Of a stretch of DNA of 64,000 bases, positions 24,901-36,802 are shown one piece after another (the stretch's first letter is position 1; every line of letters starts with the position of its first letter). The position numbers and the translations under genes are program-made. The notes beneath the pieces were generated by a model that saw only the letters and a list, made by a program, of their open reading frames with translations, was not told where the DNA came from and ran no database searches. Source of the stretch: Yuukianura sp. NJ FZ-2021 (Eukaryota); assembly GCA_046563655.1 (NCBI GenBank), contig CM102288.1:1-64000 (forward strand). The letters are read 5' to 3'.

Positions 24901-25685
24901 GTTTGTTGCCAATTTACGCGATTGCAGGTTTTTGGGGGAACTCTGGATGCAAAGCCCAAGCCCATTTATGATTTTTAAATCGTTTTTTCTTGCAGGAGTG
25001 CTATTCACGTTAAGCGGTGATCCCATTTTTATCTCTTCAATTATTTGAACTTCATCTATAAGGAAAGCGACGTTTAAAAGTTTTAAATTAAAACTTTATA
25101 AAGGTACAACCATTAAGGTACTCTACATTTTAACGTAAATAATTTTACCATCAAATGTTGTTTCCACGTTCTCCTGCACTGCTGTAAACTTACGTTGAGG
25201 TTTAAACAACTTGATCAACCCATTCGCATTATTTTTTGGGTACGGTGAAGAGGTATTAGGTCCTTTTGTAGTTGGTGGTGTGCTATAAGAACGAGCCTGG
25301 AAAGGTTCTGAACATTGGGTTGTGATAACATCCTTATACTTCTGCGACGCAGTATGAGTTGTCGCAGTTGCAGGTGTGCTAGTAGAAGAAGCATTGGATG
25401 CGTGGACGAGTTTATTTTTTGTTAGAAGGTTATATTTTACTCTACATGCCATAGCCGTACGTAAACCTTTCTGAAATACATATTCCATTATGTTATAGAA
25501 ATGATAGAGTTCAATTTATTATTATTTTTAAGAATTATTTTTAAACGCCTTACCGACACTAGAGGACATGTCTTCCAGAAATCGACATAAGCCGGCTTAT
25601 GGATAGAAGGTATTGCTGCAAAACTGTAAAGCACTTCGCATTCCGATTTGCTCCATGCGCGAAATTCTACACTATTTTTTCCCAT
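21922..25685 (-). CDS. Island gene C: ~12-exon paralog of gene A with one Myb/SANT repeat, S/T-rich linker, domain X, 22-aa repeats and an extra C-terminal domain
   Basis: Manual splicing joins ORFs 25488..25685, 25123..25488, 24769..25026, 24354..24662, three small exons, 23165..23878, 23026..23220, 22634..22924 and 21922..22332 in frame. Myb WSKSECEVLYSFAAIPSIHKPAYVDFWKTCPLVS|KGLRTAMACRVKY (intron 25553-25471). Confidence 0.75.
22429..22676. mobile_element. Tourist/PIF-Harbinger-type MITE in the last intron of gene C
   Basis: 27-bp TIR tgcccagttcgtccattgcaggttaaa / tttaacttgcaatggtcgaactggcca (3 mismatches), with a TTA target duplication at 22426-22428 and 22677-22679. Confidence 0.85.
23390..23655 (-). 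repeat. 66-bp coding minisatellite (~4 copies) in gene C
   Basis: Encodes TAHDAGVPQTTQLSTNPPVEFV-like 22-aa repeats. Confidence 0.9.
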
Positions 25686-26862
25686 TTCAGAATCTGAAAA
25701 CGAGTAAGAAGTTTGGATCAGTTATATCGATGACATAACCTATGTTGTAAAATTTAATCACCTTCAAAAAATGTTCAAACCACAAATGCGTCGTCGCATG
25801 TGTTGTTAGTTTGAAGGTTGAACAGCAACTAAAGTCTCAAAGTAGCAGCTGCGTCTACTCAAAGAATCGTTCAATTTGAACCTTGTGGCAAAACAAGTTG
25901 GCTTTCGTCGTCAACAATCTGCCTTTCAAAATTTTAACACCAGCTATAAAGGAGATTTTACGAAAGAAAGTCGCAAACTTCTGCAGGATTTTGCTTTTTG
26001 TGTGGTAAATATTACTTGTAGCACTAGTAAATGCGCTACGCAAAAGTATTTCAGGGATTTGTTTTCACTTACTGCCAAACAGAGGTGTCGCCACCGTCCA
26101 CAGAAAAAAAAAACACCGGAGAAACTACATGCTATAGTGCAAGCCAAACTTTAATTCCGCCAGTGTTGGACTTTTGGATTATCAACCCCTCCTCCATGTC
26201 AGCTAACCTAACCTGAAATGACATGATTTGAAATATTGGAACAACAGGGTGCTCTGAGGCTGTGATGTGATGAGTTGGTCGTGTAAAAGAGGGACAGAAA
26301 AGCAAAACCAGGAATTCGCACCAACCAATTTCAAATTGTGTGGGGAATCTTCCACTAGGCAGGCAAATAGTAGGAGATTTCATTCCAAGAATCCGTAAGG
26401 TTAGGTTAACACTCTGGCGGAATTTACAATAAGTTTGGCTTTCACAATAGTGCAGGTTTGTACTGCAAAACTGCAGAGAAAAAAGCATCCTAGTTAAAGC
26501 GACAAAGAGTGGATAACACTGTTATTGAAAGCTTTCTCTTCCCCCTCTCCTTCCAGCGATTTGGATCCCGGAGTGCCAAATGTGTTTGTGATTTAATTTA
26601 TTGGATTAATTATTTATAAAGTGATATACCTAGAACAACATATATAGTAAATTTAGTATATGAATAACATCAACTTAACATAAACACGATAAGAAGCTTC
26701 CTACTTTTTCCGTGTATATTTTGTTTCAAAATAAATTCGAGCATCAGAATTTTGAGGATAATATAACTTGTAGCGTGCATGTTTCATAAGATTATTGTAA
26801 AAGAAATTTTTTACACCACCCCAATTCCATTGCTTGGACTTGAAAGATGTAGTTTACCGGAT

Positions 26863-27880
26863 TCAACTAATTCGCAAACTTTTCCACTTGTAGATTCTTC
26901 CAAGTGACCGCATTCCGCTGATTTGAGCCACCTCATAAATAGAGTCAAATAATCGTTTTTCATCTATATTTTTGAGTAGACCTCTCGGAGTATGCTCCCT
27001 ACAAATGACAATTTTATAAACAAAAAGTGCATTGAAATTTAAAAAATTAAAGTCGAAGGAACAAGATTTTGGTTACTAACCTATGACAATTTTCATTTAC
27101 TTTAACAAATGAAGCTTGGCTGCAGGCAACAGTAGTATCGTTCATTTCCAGAGCAGCAGAAATAACATTAACTGCTTTTTACAATCAATGAGGCTCCTGT
27201 GCAGTTAGCATTTCTAAAATAAAGAAAAGTAAATTAGAAACGCAACCTCAATATTTATAATTAAAGAAAAATCAATTTTCATAGTTTCATGAAAATCCTA
27301 CTCCAAATCATCAGTTCGGTTCGACTATAGTCGTCGTCTTGTGTCATCCATGATGGGAGTAGACCGTTGGGTTAATGCCTGCTTTCAATCGTATCCGTAC
27401 AAGCAGATGATTTTGCTAAAGACAAATGATGCTAACGTTAAATAGGTTCGCTAACTTGGAACCCAAGAGTAGTTTGTATAACAAACAAATCATACCTCTT
27501 GGAATTTTCATTTACTTTAACTAAAGTGGAAAATTTAATGCAGAACTCGCTACTTCCAACAGTATCATCGTTCTAGGTTTCAAACGTCTAACTTTCTTCT
27601 TTGTAAATTCTTCCTTATAAAATTTATCATTGGGTGTTTCGTCTTCGATCAAATACGCAAAAGATACAGCTTTTTGCGCGTAAGTAGGCTCGTCCTCGAT
27701 CAAACAGCAACTTCTGGACTGCCCGACTGCACATTTCATACTTAAATTATACATTTCCATATACTTGCTGCGAACTGGCTTGGATGCAGGTCCAAACACA
27801 TACTTACTGAAACACTTGCTACTTAACTCGTATTCAACTCCCACACCATTTGCGACAGGTCCAGGCCGAATAAGCTCCTA
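26863..27880 (-). pseudogene. Island gene D: degenerate or poorly assembled spliced gene of unknown function
   Basis: 107-aa ORF plus two duplicated exon-like segments ending NDDTV..VKVNENSKR|gt and NDTTV..VKVNENCHR|gt. I could not build a stop-free model. Confidence 0.35.
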
Positions 27881-28429
27881 CAAAAGACTAAACAATATTA
27901 TAGTCCTGACAAAGAATATTGAGCCGGCTTTTGTGGTTTGAGAGTAAGACATTGAAATTACTTCTTACTACTCACTAATTGTGGAACCAATTTCTTTTAT
28001 AAAGATTTTCATTTTGGGAATTTTGCTCTTTAGGCTTGTATTTTGGCTTTCCTAACTTTTGCTCTTTAGGTTTTTAAACGAGCTAACTTTTTCTTATAAA
28101 TTTTGCTTCCTTATGTTTAATTTTGCTCTTAAAAGTTAGTGTTTTAGGATTTTCAGCATTTTGGGAAGCTCAGGAGTGTTTCCCTCGATCAAACAGCAAT
28201 TTTGGACTGCCCGACTGCACATTTTTATACTTCAAATTATACGGATTTTGGGAATTACTTGCTGCGAACTAGGTTTGATGCAGTGTCCAAACAGTACTTA
28301 CTGAAACAATTTTGCTTACTTAATTTTTTGTTTTAGGACAGGATTTGGGAATTTCCTCTTTAGGTTTTTTAGTGTTTTAGACAAAGAGAATTTTGCTCTT
28401 AGTTTTAGGATTTTCGGCTTTTGGGAGCT

Positions 28430-31400
28430 CAGGTTTTTAGTGTTTTAGGATTTTGGGAATTTTGTAGTTTAGGATTTTAGTGTTTTAGGACTTTAGGGTT
28501 TTCGGATTTTGGGAATTTTGTAGTTTAGGATTTTAGTGTTTTAGGACTTTAGGATTTTGGGAATTTTGTAGTTTAGGATTTTAGTGTTTTAGGACTTTAG
28601 GGTTTTCGAATTTTGGGATTTTTGCAATTTAGGATTTTAGTGTTTTAGGACTTTAGGGTTTTCGGATTTTGGGAATTTTGTAGTTTAGGATTTTAGTGTT
28701 TTAGGACTTTAGGATTTTGGGAATTTTGTAGTTTAGGATTTTAGTGTTTTAGGACTTTAGGGTTTTCGAATTTTGGGAATTTTGCAATTTAGGATTTTAG
28801 TGTTTTAGGACTTTAGGATTTTGGGAATTTTGTAGTTTAGGATTTTAGTGTTTTAGGACTTTAGGATTTTGGGAATTTTGTAGTTTAGGATTTTAGTGTT
28901 TTAGGACTTTAGGATTCTCGGATTTTGGGAATTTTGTAGCTTAGGATTTTAGTGTTTTAGGACTTTAGGGTTTTCGGATTTTGGGAATTTTGTAGTGTAG
29001 GATTTTAGTGTTTTAGGACTTTAGGATTCTCGGATTTTGGGAATTTTGCAGTTTAGGATTTTAGTGTTTTAGGACTTTAGGATTTTCGGATTTTGGGAAT
29101 TTTGCAGTTTAGGATTTTAGTGTTTTAGGACTTTAGGATTTTCGGATTTTGGGAATTTTGCAATTTAGGATTTTAGTGTTTTAGGACTTTAGGATTTTGG
29201 GAATTTTGTAGTTTAGGATTTTAGTGTTTTAGGACTTTAGGATTCTCGGATTTTGGGAATTTTGTAGCTTAGGATTTTAGTGTTTTAGGACTTTAGGGTT
29301 TTCGGATTTTGGGAATTTTGTAGTTTAGGATTTTAGTGTTTTAGGACTTTAGGATTTTGGGAATTTTGTAGTTTAGGATTTTAGTGTTTTAGGACTTTAG
29401 GGTTTTCGGATTTTAGGGATTTTGCAATTTAGGATTTTAGTGTTTTAGGCCTTCAGGGTTTTCGGATTTTGGGAATTTTGTAGTTTAGGATTTTAGTGTT
29501 TTAGGACTTTAGGGTTTTCGGATTTTGGGAATTTTGTAGTTTAGGATTTTAGTGTTTTAGGACTTTAGGATTTTGGGAATTTTGTAGTTTAGGATTTTAG
29601 TGTTTTAGGACTTTAGGATTCTCGGATTTTGGGAATTTTGTAGCTTAGGATTTTAGTGTTTTAGGACTTTAGGATTTTGGGAATTTTGTAGTTTAGGATT
29701 TTAGTGTTTTAGGACTTTAGGGTTTTCGAATTTTGGGAATTTTGCAATTTAGGATTTTAGTGTTTTAGGACTTTAGGATTTTGGGAATTTTGTAGTTTGG
29801 GATTTTAGTGTTTTAGGACTTTAGGGTTTTCGAATTTTGGGAATTTTGCAATTTAGGATTTTAGTGTTTTAGGACTTTAGGGTTTTCGGATTTTAGGGAT
29901 TTTGCAATTTAGGATTTTAGTGTTTTAGGCCTTCAGGGTTTTCGGATTTTGGGAATTTTGTAGTTTAGGATTTTAGTGTTTTAGGACTTTAGGTTTTTCG
30001 GATTTTGGGAATTTTGTAGTTTAGGATTTTAGTGTTTTAGGACTTTAGGATTTTCGGATTTTAGGGATTTTGCAATTTAGGATTTTAGTGTTTTAGGACT
30101 TTAGGGTTTTCGGATTTTGGGAATTTTGTAGTGTAGGATTTTAGTGTTTTAGGACTTTAGGATTCTCGGATTTTGGGAATTTTGCAGTTTAGGATTTTAG
30201 TGTTTTAGGACTTTAGGATTTTCGAATTTTGGGAATTTTGTAGCTTAGGATTTTAGTGTTTTAGGACTTTAGGATTTTGGGAATTTTGTAGTTTAGGATT
30301 TTAGTGTTTTAGGACTTTAGGGTTTTCGAATTTTGGGAATTTTGCAATTTAGGATTTTAGTGTTTTAGGACTTTAGGATTTTGGGAATTTTGTAGTTTAG
30401 GATTTTAGTGTTTTAGGACTTTAGGGTTTTCGAATTTTGGGAATTTTGCAATTTAGGATTTTAGTGTTTTAGGACTTTAGGATTTTGGGAATTTTGTAGT
30501 TTAGGATTTTAGTGTTTTAGGACTTTAGGGTTTTCGAATTTTGGGAATTTTGCAATTTAGGATTTTAGTGTTTTAGGACTTTAGGATTTTGGGAATTTTG
30601 TAGTTTAGGATTTTAGTGTTTTAGGACTTTAGGGTTTTCGAATTTTGGGAATTTTGCAATTTAGGATTTTAGTGTTTTAGGACTTTAGGATTTTGGGAAT
30701 TTTGTAGTTTAGGATTTTAGTGTTTTTGGACTTTAGGATTCTCGGATTTTGGGAATTTTGTAGCTTAGGATTTTAGTGTTTTAGGACTTTAGGATTTTGG
30801 GAATTTTGTAGTTTAGGATTTTAGTGTTTTAGGACTTTAGGGTTTTCGAATTTTGGGAATTTTGCAATTTAGGATTTTAGTGTTTTAGGACTTTAGGATT
30901 TTGGGAATTTTGTAGTTTAGGATTTTAGTGTTTTAGGACTTTAGGGTTTTCGAATTTTGGGAATTTTGCAATTTAGGATTTTAGTGTTTTAGGACTTTAG
31001 GGTTTTCGGATTTTAGGGATTTTGCAATTTAGGATTTTAGTGTTTTAGGCCTTCAGGGTTTTCGGATTTTGGGAATTTTGTAGTTTAGGATTTTAGTGTT
31101 TTAGGACTTTAGGGTTTTCGGATTTTGGGAATTTTGTAGTTTAGGATTTTAGTGTTTTAGGACTTTAGGATTTTGGGAATTTTGTAGTTTAGGATTTTAG
31201 TGTTTTAGGACTTTAGGGTTTTCGAATTTTGGGAATTTTGCAATTTAGGATTTTAGTGTTTTAGGACTTTAGGGTTTTCGGATTTTGGGAATTTTGTAGT
31301 TTAGGATTTTAGTGTTTTAGGACTTTAGGGTTTTCGAATTTTGGGAATTTTGCAATTTAGGATTTTAGTGTTTTAGGACTTTAGGATTTTGGGAATTTTG

Positions 31401-33877
31401 TAGTTTAGGATTTTAGTGTTTTAGGACTTTAGGATTCTCGGATTTTGGGAATTTTGTAGCTTAGGATTTTAGTGTTTTAGGACTTTAGGGTTTTCGGATT
31501 TTGGGAATTTTGTAGTGTAGGATTTTAGTGTTTTAGGACTTTAGGATTCTCGGATTTTGGGAATTTTGCAGTTTAGGATTTTAGTGTTTTAGGACTTTAG
31601 GATTTTCGGATTTTGGGAATTTTGCAGTTTAGGATTTTAGTGTTTTAGGACTTTAGGATTTTCGGATTTTGGGAATTTTGCAGTTTAGGATTTTAGTGTT
31701 TTAGGACTTTAGGATTCTCGGATTTTGGGAATTTTGTAGCTTAGGATTTTAGTGTTTTAGGACTTTAGGATTTTGGGAATTTTGTAGTTTAGGATTTTAG
31801 TGTTTTAGGACTTTAGGGTTTTCGAATTTTGGGAATTTTGCAATTTAGGATTTTAGTGTTTTAGGACTTTAGGATTTTGGGAATTTTGTAGTTTAGGATT
31901 TTAGTGTTTTAGGACTTTAGGGTTTTCGAATTTTGGGAATTTTGCAATTTAGGATTTTAGTGTTTTAGGACTTTAGGGTTTTCGAATTTTGGGAATTTTG
32001 TAGCTTAGGATTTTAGTGTTTTAGGACTTTAGGATTTTGGGAATTTTGTAGTTTAGGATTTTAGTGTTTTAGGACTTTAGGATTTTGGGAATTTTGTAGT
32101 TTAGGATTTTAGTGTTTTAGGACTTTAGGATTTTCGGATTTTAGGGATTTTGCAATTTAGGATTTTAGTGTTTTAGGACTTTAGGGTTTTCGGATTTTGG
32201 GAATTTTGTAGTGTAGGATTTTAGTGTTTTAGGACTTTAGGATTCTCGGATTTTGGGAATTTTGCAGTTTAGGATTTTAGTGTTTTAGGACTTTAGGATT
32301 TTCGGATTTTGGGAATTTTGCAGTTTAGGATTTTAGTGTTTTAGGACTTTAGGATTTTCGGATTTTAGGGATTTTGCAATTTAGGATTTTAGTGTTTCAG
32401 GACTTTAGGGTTTTCGGATTTTGGGAATTTTGTAGTTTAGGATTTTAGTGTTTTAGGACTTTAGGATTTTCGGATTTTAGGGATTTTGCAATTTAGGATT
32501 TTAGTGTTTTAGGACTTTAGGGTTTTCGGATTTTGGGAATTTTGTAGTGTAGGATTTTAGTGTTTTAGGACTTTAGGATTCTCGGATTTTGGGAATTTTG
32601 CAGTTTAGGATTTTAGTGTTTTAGGACTTTAGGATTTTCGGATTTTGGGAATTTTGCTCTTTAGTGTTTTAGTGTTTTAGGATTTTCGGATTTTGGGAAT
32701 TTTGCTCTTTAGGTTTTTAGTGTTTTAGGATTTTCGGATTTTGGGAATTTTGCTCTTTAGTGTTTTAGTGTTTTAGGATTTTCGGATTTTGGGAATTTTG
32801 CTCTTTAGTGTTTTAGTGTTTTAGGATTTTCGGATTTTGGGAATTTTGCTCTTTAGGTTTTTAGTGTTTTAGGGTTTTCGGATTTTGGGAATTTTGCTGT
32901 TTAGGTTTTTAGTGTTTTAGGGTTTTCGGATTTTGGGAATTTTGCTGTTTAGGTTTTTAGTGTTTTAGGGTTTTCGGATTTTGGGAATTTTGCTGTTTAG
33001 GTTTTTAGTGTTTTAGGGTTTTCGGATTTTGGGAATTTTGCTGTTTAGGTTTTTAGTGTTTTAGGGTTTTCGGATTTTGGGAATTTTGCTGTTTAGGTTT
33101 TTAGTGTTTTAGGATTTTCGGATTTTGGGAATTTTGCTCTTTAGGTTTTTAGTGTTTTAGGATTTTCGGATTTTGGGAATTTTGCTCTTTAGGTTTTTAG
33201 TGTTTTAGGATTTTCGGATTTTGGGAATTTTGCTCTTTAGGTTTTTAGTGTTTTAGGATTTTCGGATTTTGGGAATTTTGCTCTTTAGGTTTTTAGTGTT
33301 TTAGGATTTTCGGATTTTGGGAATTTTGCTCTTTAGGTTTTTAGTGTTTTAGGATTTTCGGATTTTGGGAATTTTGCTCTTTAGGTTTTTAGTGTTTTAG
33401 GATTTTCGGATGTTGGAAATTTTGCTCTTTAGGTTTTTAGTGTTTTAGGATTTTCGGATGTTGGAAATTTTGCTCTTTAGTGTTTTAGGGTTTTCGGATT
33501 TTGGGAATTTTGCTCTTTAGGTTTTTAGTGTTTTAGGATTTTCGGATTTTGGGAATTTTGCTCCTTCGTGTTTTAGGACTTTAGGATTTTTCGGACTTTG
33601 GGAATTTTGCTCCTTCGTGTTTTAGGACTTTAGGATTTTCGGACTTTGGGAATTTTGCTCCTTCGTGTTTTAGGACTTTAGGATTTTCGGACTTTGGGAA
33701 TTTTGCTCCGTGTTTTAGGACTTTAGGATTTTCGGATTAGGTTTTTAGTGTTTTAGGATTTTCGGACTTTGGGAATTTTGCTCCTTCGTGTTTTAGGACT
33801 TTAGGATTTTCGGATTTTGGGAATTTTGCTCTTTAGGTTTTTAGTGTTTTATGATTTTGGGAATTTGGGAATTTTGC
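28430..33877 (+). repeat. Telomere-like complex satellite, right array (same family and orientation as the left array)
   Basis: Same 48/56-bp units and shared rare variants. It switches to gctct/gctgt/gctccttcg variants from ~32650. Confidence 0.97.
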
Positions 33878-34077
33878 CATTCCCATATCACATTACGAAC
33901 CCTGTTTTCCCAAATTCTAGTATTGCAGCATGAGCTTGAGTGTTCATCGACCAAGCGTTATTGTCTGCGCGTTCATCGTTCATCCACCAAGCATTAGTCC
34001 TTATGCGTTCATTGAGAACCCATTCGATGAACCAACTCGATGAACACTGAACCTATCCAAACCTACTCTAACCCTCC

Positions 34078-36802
34078 CCGGGCCCCCCTACCCCCCAAAC
34101 AAACAACACGGGGGGTAGGAGAGCCTGGTGCATAGCTACGGCGTCTCTAAATACCCACACCGCTGGGTGGACTCGAACCACCCTCCATAATGCAAGCAGG
34201 CCCGTGCACTGACCTGTATGCTATTATGCCAACACTGAAAGGATAGGAATCAAAACTTGTATTTATGTTCTATTTTTTTGCCAAAAAATGAAGTTTTTGC
34301 CAAAAAAAAGTGCCAAAATCCACCGATAGGCGTGATTTTGGTGTCAAAATCAATAAAATAATTCATCCCCGATTTTTTAAGACGAAATTCGGGGCTCTAC
34401 AAACCGTTTTCGAAACGTTATTTACGTTTTTCTGACGAATTTTGTTGATGTTGGATTTTTTACCGGTGGCGCATACCTCAACTCTGCAGACTCCGCCCCT
34501 TTTTGCAGTTTTCAAAAAGCTGCCAAATCGATTCAAGGTCAGAGCATTATATTTTTTATGAAAATTAAAACTTTTAATTAATTTTCGAATTTAGTACACT
34601 TATGTAAGCACTGTGTACTAATTGGATTCTGATTCCATCAATTAGTTCCAGAGATAATTAATTTTAAAGTGCGCAATTTTGCACAAAACTTTGAAATTGC
34701 ACAGTTGCAGAACAATAGGCACTAATTACATTAATTAAGTATTCTAAAACTCTAATCTATGTCATATCATTAAGAATTAGCTAATTCATTCTCAAGAAAA
34801 CCAATTCTGTAATTTTAGACTAAGTAATTAACGAGTAATTATCGGAAACTCTTGTGTTGTACAATAGCCAGAAATTAGCATAACACGTCATTTTAAAATC
34901 CTGGAATACGTTATACGGCAAAGAACTAATGAATTACAAGTCGAGATAACGTATTCCAGAATTTTAATTTGCATAATTACCTAGTAATTAAGCAAAAACT
35001 TAAGTGTAGGATACTAGGCGTTAATTAAGTTAGTTATGCAAATTAAAATTCTGAAATACGTCATTTGGCAGAGAACTAATCGATTACAAGCTGCGATAAC
35101 ACATTTCAGAGTTTTAAATTAATTACTTAAGGTATAATAAGCAATCGCAGCTTTCGCGAGTACCTGCGAGTTTGACTTCTGATACGTTAGTAAAGAAATT
35201 AAGCCATTTAAGCATTTTAAGACTCTGGAATACGTAATACGTGAAAGAGCTAATCGATTACAAGCTGACATAGCACATTTCAGGATTTTAAATCGATTAC
35301 TTAAGGTGTAATCAGCAATCGTAGTTATCGCAAGTAGCTGCGACTATCGGTTTGGTACAATAGTAAAAATTTGGCTAATTTGGCATGTTAAAACTCTGGA
35401 ATACGATATATCACAAAGAATACATTATTAATTGTGTGAGATAACAAATCCCGGAGTTTTAGATGCTTTAATTAACGAGTAATTAAGTAATTAATTTAAT
35501 TAAAGTTAATTTGCCATTTTTATGGCAGTTGAGTGTGAGGCGCCGACCTCTACTCAAAATTTTCAATTTTGTTATTCCACGTTCACGCATGCGCCAGCTT
35601 ATTTTCTTTTAAAAATTAAACATTTCAGTTGTTTTGTTCATATCTTCCTTCTACTAATAAGTGCAAAGTTCACGATTAACTAATTAATTGAACCGATTAA
35701 CTAAGTTTTAGTAAATCTACAACCAGCACAACTACGAGCTGAAGCTGGATGAAGTATTTTTCAAAGGTCAAGGTAAGGAACGACACAATTAAAGTGAAGT
35801 AAGAGTAGTAGTCGATTAAAATCCAGTCATTTGGTCATCGGTTAGAATTGATGTCTCTTCTTCCTACTCACTCCTCAATCACATCATTGAGCCATCAACC
35901 AATCCTCAACTTGAGAACTAAGAAGTACAGGAAGCTACGGACCAATCATTTCAGTTTGAGGATGAAAATGGAACGGCGACTGCGGGTACATTTAGAGCAC
36001 TTTCTCCATCCCATTCTGTTGTCGAGATGAGAAATTCCTCTCACTTTCTCTTTTATTCCCGTCAGCTGTTCCAAAGAGGAAGTAGATCAACAGGCAAGGA
36101 ACTCATCTCCGCTTTTTAATCAAATTCCTAAGCATTCCAACACAAGTCTACCCTTGACGCCGATCAGCTTCCTCCTCAATCTCATTCAGCTGCGTGGCAG
36201 TATTCATCCACGAACCACCATTTCCTTCTCATCCGTTTTGACACTTTGGAGTATGCTCTTTCAATAAAAGGGTCAACAAGGTGACATGGCCAATACGGTA
36301 AGTTGACCATTTTAATATTAGGGATCTGTTAAGTGGACAAAGGAGCTGATTTGAGATTTGGAATAGGTGGATCATTCTGGAGATGGAATCCAAGCCCTGT
36401 ACCCAGCAGTCATTCAATGCTTCAGTGTCATCATCCTGGGGTCAGATCCACCTTCCAACCTTAAGTGTGACCTCCACGACATGAATTCATGAATGCAATC
36501 ATATGTTTAGGTACTTGGCCGGGAAGTGGGGACTTGTTTCTGGAGCGGAAACCAAAGGACTCAACACCTTCATCGGATCCTTCTCCCTCCCCGCCTTGGT
36601 CTTCATCTCCATCGCCCAGTTGGATTTGGGGTAAGCAATGCATCAACAATCTCAACTCCACACGTCCAGCGGAAAACAATTAAAGTTCTACTTTTGTTTC
36701 AAGGTCAGTCAACTGGCCATTTATTTTGGGCATCGCTCTGGGCAAAACGACCGTCTTCCTCATCGTTCTCCTCATTTGTCTCCTCGTCACAAAAGAGTGT
36801 GA
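34078..36802. repeat. Right arm of the large inverted duplication (partner 1-2725)
   Basis: Reverse complement of the window start, including the GPR155 upstream region and first exons. Confidence 0.95.

Larger units (their letters stand above)
14941..28000 (-). mobile_element. ~13-kb multi-gene island embedded in the telomere-like satellite; putative mobile/selfish element
   Basis: Unique AT-rich sequence bracketed by the same satellite in the same orientation. It carries 3-4 co-oriented minus-strand genes, none resembling a housekeeping gene. I recognised no RT or DDE domain. Confidence 0.5.

Noticed and set aside
25855..26488. Several short overlapping ORFs on both strands in the island
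   Set aside because: No recognisable motif and no consistent splice model, so they cannot be supported as genes.
27521..27844. Resemblance of RLKPRTMILLEVASSALN to a topoisomerase III motif
   Set aside because: No following GYISYPRT catalytic motif, and the duplicated exon-like segment is conserved in a different frame (NDDTV..VKVNEN).
14941..28000. Island as a TRAS/SART retrotransposon, Helitron, Maverick or autonomous Harbinger
   Set aside because: I recognised no RT/APE, HUH-helicase, polB/integrase/capsid or DDE motifs, and no TIRs or polyA tail at the visible ends. A remote homolog cannot be excluded without HMM searches.
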